NCBI RefSeq assembly: GCF_006345805.1
Contig: NC_042998.1
Span: 94,612,001 to 94,676,000 of the forward strand
From: Octopus sinensis
Taxonomy: Eukaryota
Direction: 5' to 3'
Length of the DNA: 64,000 nt
Both the position numbers and the translations under genes were made by a program. The stretch's first letter is position 1. Every line of letters starts with the position of its first letter. Shown in pieces: positions 1 to 10,962 of the stretch. The notes below the pieces were generated by a model. It did not search any database and was not told where the DNA came from. It was given only the letters and a program-made list of their open reading frames with translations.

Positions 1-201
1 TACAGATGCATTATTATTTAAACCTTAAAAAATCCTAGAAAAATTAATTAAATATTACTAATGCAAATTTCCCTTTCCTGCCCATGACACCCTCAACTCT
101 TAATCATACAGTCTCGTTCAAAGAATACAGGATGACTTCAACAGAGAAGCTCTACACACATTATTTTAATGATCATCAACATCAGTACAACTTTTAACTC
201 A

Positions 202-419
202 ATTGCTTTCAAATTTTGGTACAGGGCCAGCAATTTCAAGGGAGGGGTTAAGTTGGTTACATTGACTCCACTGCTCAACTGGTACTTATTTTATTGCCCC
301 TGAAAGGATAAAAGGCGAAGTCAACCTCGGTGAAATTTGAACTCAGAATGTAACGATGGACAAAATGTCACTAAACATTTTGTTCAGCATGTTAACAATT
401 CTGCCAGCTTGCTGCTTTA
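202..419 (-). mobile_element. tRNA-headed SINE family B (~200 bp, (ATT)n tail)
   Basis: Reverse strand has an A-box-like AGCTGGCAGAAT and a B-box GAGTTCAAATT; homologous to many copies in the window. Confidence 0.75.
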
Positions 420-675
420 GTTACAAACAAAAATGTTAAATCACCATCTTTTGTTTTTTACTTGTTTCAGTCAAAGGGTTAAATACAACCAGCCATCAAA
501 AAGTTTCTACATGTTTGAACCAGTAGCTAAATTGCACCAGGTTACACCTGTCTTAAAAAATGATAGAATGTACATTAGATAATGTACTGTCAGATCTCAC
601 CTATGTAATATAGTGAGCTGAAGGACTTTGAGCTTATCCATCCAAATATTGAACTCCCTTTTAGAGAATGTTTAA

Positions 676-896
676 CCCTTCTGATACCAACCCGCTTGAA
701 AATGCCCTTGCTCTGTTATACAAATGTCTTGTTTTCAAAAGTTCTGAATTAAAATCTTACACCAAACCTAAGTCATAATTTATGTTCCTAACACTAGCTT
801 AATGATAACTAAGTTATTTTACTAAATTCTTTGTTATATTTAAAATTAATTTAAAGAAATACAGAGCATCTCAATAGAAATACGGCAACAAAAGGG
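676..896. mobile_element. piggyBac-type MITE, family 1 (221 bp)
   Basis: TTAA (672-675), CCCTT...AAGGG, TTAA (897-900). A close homolog lies at about 61615-61830. Confidence 0.7.
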
Positions 897-2288
897 TTAA
901 AATCTAAAAATAACAAAAAATAAAGAAGATAACATCAGTAACATGCTTATCAAATTTCTTTTTTAGAATATTTATATTCTACAACTTGGCTCTTGTCCTT
1001 TAAAGCCCATTGAGTGAATGCAACAGACAGCTTTCAGCCTTATTAGATTTTCTCAGTGGGCAAGACTTACAAAATTATAGGAATGTTATGATGAACGAAA
1101 TAGCTGAAGGAAAATCTGCATACTAAATACAAATATGGTAAGATCTCGTTGAGAGTGCAGTCCTAGAGATATCAAATGGCAGTATGGTAGTTGTTGGAAT
1201 GCCTTTGATCACAGCTCTGCTTGATCTTGGTTGACCTGGGGCTAAACAACAGCATACACACAAACACATCTCATTATAAACTACAAAGAGCACAAGACAG
1301 AAAAACCTGGCATCGTTACAAACTGCACACAGACCACACCCAAATAGAATAAAAACACTCTAATGGAAAGACCATCTAGACATCTAAGTATCAACCCACA
1401 CTGCCTGCCGCTCCATGTTCAATTAACCCTCAATCACCCAGTCACATCTCTAACTCCACACAACACTGTTACAACACAAGCCTAAGAACATTCTCTTTCC
1501 TATTTACTCCAAACAACTATGACAAAGACTTAAGACAAAAATGTGTTAAGGTAGAGATGCACATCACCACAGGCATGTGCTGAAGAACTACAACTGTCAT
1601 TTGATCAATGACCTACATGCTGATGGCTATACAACAACTGGGTTTAGCAGAAAAAAGCTCTAAGATGAATATCAAAATGGGGATTGCTACTGTTAGTCTT
1701 TCTCTACTTATTTTCAGTTCCACATTTGGAAAGTTTCCTATAATTTATTTCCTAAATATATTTTTGTTTTTATCATTTGGACAAACAACATCAATCATTA
1801 TGTACGGAAAGTAATGTTGCAGAGATATTATACAATATAATGAAATCATCTGTTTGGTTTTCTAGACAAGTATTTCCTAAAGCAGCTTCATGACACTAGA
1901 AGTTAGTTTTATATCTCAGAGAACCATATATGGTACCTCCATTTGTATGTCCCTTCAACCCTGTGGCCTCTTAACTGCCTACTTTTAGGGACATGCTATC
2001 CAAAAATGAGTTTATGAATCTTTAATAGAGATAGATTATGTCAATGGATACTGTCAAATTTAAACTGTTGTACAAAGCAGTTCTAATGTGTATGATCTTG
2101 TAATTCTTTAGCTAAATTTTTCATGTCACTTAACAGCTTTCAGATTTAGTATGTTTTCTATAATACATGAATGGGGAAATAATAGTATTGAACTACAGTT
2201 ATGTTAACTACTTTGCAATACAAAAATAATAATCTTGTTGCAATCTGGCTTTCTTAGTTTCTACTAGAGGCCATACCTGACCTTGCCC

Positions 2289-2480
2289 ATCATCATCATT
2301 TAACATTCATTGTCCATGTTGGCATGGGTTGGATGGTTTAACCAGGACTAGACGGTTGCACCTGACTCCAGTCTGATTTGGTTTTCTATGGCTGGATGCC
2401 CTTCCTAACCCCATCCACTCCAAGAGTGTAATGGGTGCTTTTATGTACCACCAGCATGGGTGCCATTTGCATGACACCAG
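2289..2480 (-). mobile_element. RTE LINE 3' end fragment ((GAT)n tail)
   Basis: Homologous to the 3' UTR of the 7770-8380 copy, which still carries an RTE ORF C-terminus. Confidence 0.7.
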
Positions 2481-3006
2481 TATCTGCCCAGGTTTATTAT
2501 ATCACCATACTCTTAGATTTTTTTTTTTTTATTTCTTGAGACCCCTACCTTCTTCAATATACTGTAGTACTAATTAACTTAATTTTTTATGAATTGTTCT
2601 AATCAATAACTTTCCCGTATCTGTTACAGTGCTTGTATGAGTATACAATATTCTTCATGTTACTGTCAGGAACTCAAAAAATCAAAAAAACAAAACAGAT
2701 TCAGAAAAAGTTACATAACTTTTGACATTCTTGAAAAGATGTAATCCTATGCAAAAACTTACCTGAAAAAAAAATGCTGTTGCCTATAACTTGGAATATA
2801 CATTCACTTCTATCTGTTAAGAAACTATAAGATGTTCTGTGTAAAATTTCCATTCACATGCTGTAAGCAGTTTTGAGTCATCACCATTGTCAACACTGCT
2901 ATTATTATTCATTTGCTCTCTTTATTTCATTTTGTTTTTTATTCATTTTTATGAATTCTTACTATAATTGAAATATATTTATATATTTTTTTCTTTTTTC
3001 TTCCAG

Positions 3007-3104
3007 CGCTACAGTGAATACAAGTGGTAGCTATATCATTGTATCACTCTGAGGCCAGTGAACATCCATATTTTTGTACGGCTGTCGTAGATATTAGCAG
3101 CACA
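3007..3104 (+). other. CSRNP: 5' UTR part of the first CSRNP coding exon; implies an upstream non-coding exon that was not located
   Basis: ttcttttttcttccag acceptor ends at 3006; in-frame stop precedes the ATG. Confidence 0.55.
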
Positions 3105-3258
3105 ATGCCAAAGAGAAAGCTAGAAGGCGACTTCTCTTCAGAATCTCAAAGCGGTCTGATGGCTCTCGCTTTAGATGTTACTCCTCCCCAATCTGAGATT
3201 GATGAAAGCAGTAGCTTCAGTGCTATTACAGATAGCAGTGTGGATGTACCTTTTTCTG
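3105..3258 (+). CDS. CSRNP: CSRNP/Axud1-family protein, first coding exon (MPKRKLEGDFSSES...VDVPFS)
   Basis: Pyrimidine tract and AG acceptor at 3005-3006. In-frame TGA at 3015-3017 lies upstream of the ATG at 3105. Donor CTG|GTCAGT at 3259 is phase 1, matching the next exon (G+AG = Glu). Confidence 0.75.
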
Positions 3259-3734
3259 GTCAGTATGGACAAATCTTGTTTTATCTCACCCCTGTCTGTT
3301 TCCATTTTATTCTCATCTCATTACACATCATGGAATATCCTTTTAAGTTCTTGCCGATCCACTAGCCTGGAAGTGGTATTGTCACATCTGGGGCATGTCG
3401 GACTATACCTTGTAATATTTGTTTTTGTGTTCTGAATTCAAATCTTACCATGACCCCCATCGTTTAATTTAGCACCACCATCTGGTACTTTGGGTGCCTT
3501 TAGCGGAGTCTGCTCTGTTGCAAGCATTTGGGTTAGTTCCCTTCCTACCACTAGTCTTAGAGGTTCTGTAAAGGATTGTGAGACTGCTTCCTCACTCTCT
3601 TTTGACTAAAAGATTTAAAAAAAAAAGAAAAAGAAAACTTAGTTATCATGTCAATTAGCTGAGCTTGCATCTGTAGTATTTTGTGTAAATGTAAAGTTGT
3701 CATCTCTTGGTCACAATCAGTTTTAAGATTTGAT

Positions 3735-3948
3735 TTCAAATTTTGGCTCAAGGCCAGCGATTTTGGTGGAGGGTATGAATTGATTACATCAACCCCAGTG
3801 TTCAACTGGTACTTATTTTATCGACCCTTGAATGATGAAAGCCAAAGTCAACCATGACGGAATTTGAACTCTAGATGTAAAGACCGACAAAATGCTGCTA
3901 AGCATTTCCCCAACTTGCTAACAATTCTGCCAGAATGCTGCCTTAATT
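3735..3948 (-). mobile_element. SINE family B copy
   Basis: Same sequence family as 202-419. Confidence 0.75.
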
Positions 3949-4312
3949 AGTTTTTTTTTTTTTTAAATCAAACTACTAGCATGTTTGTGTTCCATGTGAT
4001 AAAGTAAAAACTGACATAGAAGCTCTCCGTCTACCTGAACCAATTCTCTACTTCCCTGGAATCGTGCCTATTACAGACCTTAACTAACCTCTCAACTCTA
4101 ACAGTCAGCCTTAAAGACAATCAGTTATTTGATTCTCTGTTTATTGTGTTGGTCTTCTTCTGATAAACTGTACTTTCAGAAACCTTATCTCCCAAATACC
4201 CAAGTTTATAAACTTATCTTAAATTTCACAAAAGATATATATTTTATATTTTTTCTTCATTTTTTGAAAGACCATGATTTTTAACTCTGTATACAAAATA
4301 CAACCTTATGTA

Positions 4313-4356
<44 letters not shown>

Positions 4357-4387
4357 CATACATACATACATATTTACATATATATAT

Positions 4388-4692
4388 GGCACATATAAAG
4401 CACCATCCGAATGTGGCCAAATCCAGTACCTCCTGTCTGGCTCCCATGCCAGTGGCTTGTAAAAAACATCCAAACATAATCAATGCCAGGCCCGCCTGAC
4501 TGGCTCCTGCGCCAGTGGCATGTAAAAAGCACCCACTACACTCTCTGGGTTGTTGGCATTAGGAAGGACACGCAGCTGTAGAAACTCTGCCATACCAGAT
4601 TGGAGCCTGGTGAAGCCATTGGCTCTCCAGACCTCAGTCAAACTGTCCAACTCATGCCAGCATGGAAAACGGACGTTAAACAATGATTATGG
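4388..4692 (+). mobile_element. RTE LINE 3' UTR fragment
   Basis: ...gcatggaaaacggacgttaaacaatgattatg end; internal repeated tggcatgtaaaaag units. Confidence 0.75.
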
Positions 4693-6388
4693 TATGTATA
4701 ATAAATGCAAGTTTAATATATTTCTTAATACTTCCTTCTGGTGGCTTCCCCATTGGTAAAATTCTTGTGATTTGAATATCAGGTAGTGTGGAAGGCAGCC
4801 AGTTTAGAAATTATATATAAAAGTAGTTGTATTACTGACAGATATCACCAACTGTGAGTGAGTAAATGAGGTAGGCGTGTCAGTAGATGTGGTGTATAAG
4901 ATAGTAAATAAATTGCCTACGCATTCAGTTTCCTGGTTCAGTTTGTAGGTCATTAATCTTTTTTTTTTTAAGCTCATTTGTATCCTTTGTCAAGACATTT
5001 AACTCTACCTGCCAACAGTATGGTGAATTGAATGTAGTGCACCAAATTGTTTAAATACTAGATGATTGGTTAGAAATTCATGGATCTAGTTTTAGTCCTG
5101 CTTTAACCCTTTAGTCTTCAACCCTTGAGCTTTTTAAACAGGCCATATCTTACATATGCATTATCAGGATATACCAGTAAATGGTCTTTTTATATTATTT
5201 GCATATAGTCATTGACTGGCAATTTAGTTTGTCTTCAATTTGGTTCAGGTATGTGATATTGATGAGCCACAGAAATGGGGGGAAACATTGATTTCCATTG
5301 CTCCTAAATGGAATTTGGAGTGAGTTGTCTCATCTGTCTATGACTTCCAAGTGTTTTAACCCCTGATGCTTTGATCGAATCACCGTCACTGTACCAAATT
5401 GCAGCTTACTGGGCAAACAAGCCAAGCACATATGTTGAGATAATTAAAAACCATGCGAATAAATAAACATTACATTTAGACAGAATCATTTGAATGCTGC
5501 AGTGTTAAACTTGCCTTATCAGGCCAAAATATTCTACATTTTTATATTTGAACTAGCCAGATCTGGCATCTCACACTTACCCTACAATGTCATTCTAAAA
5601 ATAAACAATCCCATCATTGAAATCTCAAAGCTATGAAGTAACACGTGATTAATTCAAAACAATGTTCTGAAGAAATTTTACACCCTTCCAAGAATATGTA
5701 AATGAATACAAGAAGTAAGCCTTGGAGTTACTCCTGCTGTGAGTGTACAAATGGCATGTGAAAGGTCTCTTTGAGAACTTTGTGAGGATTGGTATTTCCT
5801 TGATGCTAAGAATGAGTATAATCCTTCCTTCATTCTAACACATGCATACGCATATATGAACATGCACATAAAACAATTCCACTAGCCTTGGTCACTCAAG
5901 TTAAGTAAAGCTGGCTTCAGTATTAGCTTATTGTAACTATATTGCCCTTTCAGCCTGCTGGAAGAATAGGAAAGATAATAATAAAAAACTGGCAAAGTAT
6001 TAATTCTGAGGATTGTCAACAGTGCTAACTTCATATGGCTATTCCTACACACTTGATGTATTATCAGCAGTAGTTTTATAAACATAAATTAGTTTCATTG
6101 TTTGTGTGTGTTGTGAGGTACATGTATGGTTGTGTGATTAAGCCCATTGTGTGCCATCTTCAACAAGCATCTTTTACTATAGCCCCAGGTTGACATTAGC
6201 CTTATGAATGAAATTTGGTAGATTGATAGAATCTGTATGGAAGCATGTTGTGTTTGTGTTTATGTCTGTGTGAAAGAGAGAGAGAAAACATATGTTGTGT
6301 CTGTCTTTGCATTGATGCTGCTTTGTTTATGCCCTACAACATAGCAGTTAGACAAGTAGCAGTCAATAGAAAATAAATACTTGAGTTG

Positions 6389-6875
6389 AAGGCATGCGGC
6401 CTAATGGTTAGGGTATTGCACTCACGGTTGTCAGATCATGGGTTCAATTCCTGACTGGGTGACATGTGTTCTTGAGCAAAACACTTCATTTCATGCTCTA
6501 GTGGGTGGGAGAGTGGCAGAACCATTGGCATGTCAGCAGAAATGCTATTTGGTATACCTTCCAGCTCTCTGCATCCAGAGTTCAAATCCCACCTGCCTGG
6601 AGATGGCAACAGGAAACCTCTTCAGTATTCATCCTAGGTCTAATCATGGATGGCTCTAGTTCTAGTAGTCTATTTAATGGTGGCAGGGGAGGGCATAGGC
6701 TCACTCCCAGGTCATATAGACAGGGTACAGGAGAAGGTTAACATGCACGAAACCTGCCCAAGAGCAGACCACCACTAGACTGTGACTCGGGTTGATAAAA
6801 TTAACTAGACCTTTTCATGGTAATGCCCCAGCATGGTCACAGTCTAGTTACTGAAACAAGTAAAAGAAAGAAAGA
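6389..6875 (+). mobile_element. tRNA-headed SINE with CR1-like 3' tail (family A type)
   Basis: Head TAATGGTTAGG...GGTTCAATTCC; tail gccccagcatggtcacagtctagttactgaaacaagtaaaagaaag. Confidence 0.65.
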
Positions 6876-7769
6876 AACAAACAAAATCTTCACTATTCCA
6901 TGTACCAAAATAAATAAATAAATAGAAGGAAATTCAATTCCTTCTAGCAAGTAACTATTAATTATCAAAAATTAATAACTTTTAACCTGTAAATGCTAAT
7001 ATACAACAGTGTAATTAATTTGAGACAGTGTCAGCTGTAGGTGTGAAGTAAATATTATATAGTTGTTGAGATTGCAATTTGCAACTAGTTTCTTAAATTA
7101 CATTTTAAGTAGTTTAGTGTTAAAAGGTCACTGAAATAAACCTCCTACTACAGAATTATTTAAATTTTCATGAAAGAAAATTATTCTTTAATTTTTATTA
7201 ATAAACTTTAGTTATATTCAACAAGATGAATAATGTATCATGCCCAAAGTTTAAACACTTGTCAATAATTTGACATCCCTTGTTTGTTTTCAGAAAAGTA
7301 GTCAGCCCATGACATTGCATTGACAGTTCAACATCTTCAATTTCTTTAGAAAATATCCTATAGTGGTTTCCTGTTGCCTTCTGCCAGCTTTAGTTTTTCT
7401 GCTTGTCTCTTGTTTGCCCAAATTTATTCTTTATGCATAGAAACAAAGAACCTATTTCAAGCCTTTATATCAGGGCACATCCACACACTACTGGACCTAC
7501 ATGGCACATGTCTAGGGATAAGCCTTCAAAGGACTACCTTCTGCTATTTGGCAGGTACTACCATCCTGGGTTAGAGCATATCTGAGAGTAGTGATGACTG
7601 AGATGTAACAACATACTCTCCAAAACTCCTGCACTTTCAGGCTGAAGCCTCACTATTAGATAGCCAAGACAAAAAAGCAGTCTCTCTCCAGAGTCTACTT
7701 GTTGTTGGAACATACTGCTGTTTCAGAACTATTAAATCGATCCTGAAATGCAATTAAAAAAAGCTCCAA

Positions 7770-8380
7770 TCTGATCTGGCAGAGTTTCCACAGCTGGATG
7801 CCCTTCCTATCGCCAACCACTCCAAGAGTGTAGTGGGTGCTTTTACATGCTACTGGCATGAGTGCCAGTCAGGCGGTACTGGCGACGGTCACGCTCAAAT
7901 GGTGTTTTTATGTGCCACCTGCACAGGAGCCAGTCCAGCAGCACTTGCAACGACCTTGCTCGAATGTTGTTTTTCACATGCCGCCAGCACAAGTGCCAGT
8001 AAGGCGATACTGATAACAATCACGCTCAAACAGTGCTTTTTATGTGCCACCAGCACAGGAGCCAGTCAGTGGCCCTGACAACGATCACGCTCGGATCGTG
8101 CTTTCAATGTTCCACTGGCATGGGTGCCGGTCAGGCTGTGCTGTCATCGGCCAGCGAATTTGATTTTGGTTGTGATTTTACTTGCCTCAACAGGTCTTCG
8201 CAAGCAACTCTTGGCCACAGGTTATGGGTCTCATTTGGCTTGCTGGGTCTTCTCAAGCACAGCATATTTCCAAAGGTCTTGGTCATTGGTCAATGCCTCA
8301 GCGAGGCCCAATGTTCGAAGGTCGTGCTTCATCACCTCATCCTAGGTCTTCCTGGGTCTACCTCTTCCACAGATTCCCTC
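7770..8380 (-). mobile_element. 5'-truncated RTE-clade LINE: ORF C-terminus plus 3' UTR
   Basis: Minus strand 8380-8231 translates EGICGRGRPRKT*DEVMKHDLRTLGLAEALTNDQDLWKYAVLEKTQQAK*, a typical RTE C-terminus with a TGG-to-TAG change. It is followed by the repeat-containing UTR shared with many short copies. Confidence 0.8.
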
Positions 8381-8706
8381 AAATACTATATAGATATAAT
8401 TGACATCATGTGATAGTTGTGAGTGGGTGTTGTCATCATGCAAATGCTGTCCTGCATTTCCAATCTTCTATGAAAACATATCTAATCAAAGGAAAATATT
8501 ATCTTACTTAAGAACAAGTGAGGGTTGTTGTAGAAAATCCACCTCCACAAATTTTGTCCATCCCTTGCAAGAATGGAAAAGTGGATGTTATATGGTGATA
8601 ATGCTGTATTCAAATTTTTGTAAAAGATTCATTGAGAAATTGTTTTATTGTTGTTTTAGGGCAAATAGAGTAACATGATAACATAATGTGCTAATTGCAA
8701 TCTTGT

Positions 8707-9025
8707 GAAGGCACATCGTTTAGTGGTTAGGGTATTCAGTTTACAATTATAGGGTCATGATTTCAGTACCCAGCAGCACATTGAATCCTTGAGCAAGACA
8801 CTTTATTTCATGTTACTCTGGTCCACTCAGCTGACAAAAATGAGTTGTACTTGTATTTCAAAGGGCCGGCTTTGTCACTTCCTGTGTCACATTGAATCTC
8901 CCTTGAGAACTATGTCAGGGGTACATGTGTCTGTGGAGTACTCAACCACTTGCACATTAATTGCATGAGCAGGATATTCCATTGATCATATACACTGGAA
9001 CCCTCATTGTCATAACTGACAAAGT
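8707..9025 (+). mobile_element. tRNA-headed SINE (family D; homolog at 48300-48570)
   Basis: TAGTGGTTAGG head; body ...ccactcagctgacaaaaatgagt...caaagggccggctttgtcac shared with 48300-48570. Confidence 0.7.
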
Positions 9026-10844
9026 ACCTGTTAGTTAATTGCCATCTTAAGTCAGTATGCAATGTAACTATACCAATCTAGTAACTGGTTGAATAAAAAC
9101 ACTAACAAGTAGATGTATCAAATTTTACCTGTGATGTTGTGGTTCTTAGACTCAACCTGGCATGATACTATGAGCTTAGCAAGTTTTGAAAACAGAACAG
9201 CAACCTACAAATTATTAAACTCAACCAAGCCTCACCCTCTTACATTTGTATTTGGCATTTTGCCCTTCTGGTCCCACACATTGTGTATGTGTAGGAATTT
9301 GGCTGTTACATTAGCATGTTCAAGTGGGTAATGTAGGACAATATTTCATGTTATTATTATAGCAGACGTTTCTTAAATTGTAAAACAAGTTGAATGCTAT
9401 CTACTTACTAACTGCAGCTAGTTCATTTTCTTGTTTAACTTGAAAAATTCATATCTCTAACCTTTTGTTATATATATTCATTCCTCTGAAAGTAAAATTG
9501 TTGTGAAATTCAATTGTAGTTCTTAGATTAACCTGGAATGTATACAGATAAATATCTATTTTGTCTTAAAACTTTTCAAAGTTTGGTATACATTTCTGTA
9601 GATGTTATTTAATTTAGTGGTTATGGCAATTAGTGATGCTATAGTCTCAGTGAATTTTTGTTCCTTGAAAGAATGTGTAAGGTACTTTTTCAATGTCTGC
9701 TATCATCTTGAGATTTGTAGATATTGATTTGATTTAACAATAAAATTGCCTTGACTCTCCTCATCTCTCCCTCTCTTTCTCTACTTGGACATTGCTTCTT
9801 TAGTCTGAAAACTGCAAAAGCAGATTTCACTTTAAAAAATCCATTTAATTTCTATTTCTTTTCTCCCCTCTCCCATCCCCCAAGATTCCTCATCTTTACC
9901 TATTTCTCCTTTAAACTTCCACTATAATACTGCTTTAACCATTTTTGCTCTAAAATCCATAAATATGGGGCTGATGTTTTTTTTTTTTTATTGGCTAGCT
10001 TTTAACTAAAGCAAATTTTTAAAAAGTTTTTTGCTGTAAAAGTCTTTTTATTTTAGATCTATTAAGACAGCAAAATAAACATTCTCTTTTGTATATTGAA
10101 GAAATGTCTGTATTAATCCACATAGTCTCATATAAGATATGTCTGTTTGGCTTCAAGTTAAATCAACTAAGTTTTTTTTATAGGAAGAAATGGAATTGTT
10201 AGAAGTGATACTTTCTCTACCATACTTTTACCATGTTACACTGCATATACTGCTTTATATTTAAACATAACCAAGTACTTCAACTAATATATATATATTG
10301 TATTAAATTAGAATAGAAGTGTGTTAGTGACTGATGTTTGTGCGCGTGTACACTTGCAAGTCTTTGTATAGTTAGGTTTAGAGTTAGGCAAGTTTCAGAA
10401 CTTGGTATACATATGTATTAATTCTCACTTAATTCTCACCATTATAAACAAATTGCCATTTGAGATATTTTACAGTTTTTGCTTCATATTTTGTGTGTGT
10501 GTGTGTGCATGTGCACATACTAATATGTAAGTATGTATAAACATTGCTGGAAAAGTAAAAAGGAGCTAGTTAATGGTGACATCCTACTTTGAACACCTGG
10601 AAATGCTCAGTTGGATTGGTCATGCAGAAGACACCAACTAAAAGGCGACACAGGATGCCACTGAGAAGAATGTGCCATAGATGATAGAAATAAGAGGAGG
10701 ATCAGGATTTTGCAAATCGAAGCAAACTTGATACACACACACATACACATATGTATGCATGCATGTATAATTTTTTTTCTACTCTGTTATCTTACATCAG
10801 TTGTAGAAGTACCTGGATAATTATTACTAGGTATGTAGAAGGGG

Positions 10845-10962
10845 CATCCAGCTGTAGAAACTTTGCCAGATCAGATTGGAGCCTGGTGCAGCCTTCTGGC
10901 TCGCCAGTCCTCAGTCAAACTGTCCAACCCATGCCAGTATGGAAAGCGGACGATGATGATGT
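10845..10962 (+). mobile_element. RTE LINE extreme 3' fragment
   Basis: gggcatccagctgtagaaac...ggaaagcggacgatgatgatg. Confidence 0.75.

Noticed and set aside
3024-3365. 113-aa ORF as listed, with GTG start and read-through to 3365
   Set aside because: ATG at 3105 and the donor at 3259 fit the spliced CSRNP model; the rest is UTR or intron.
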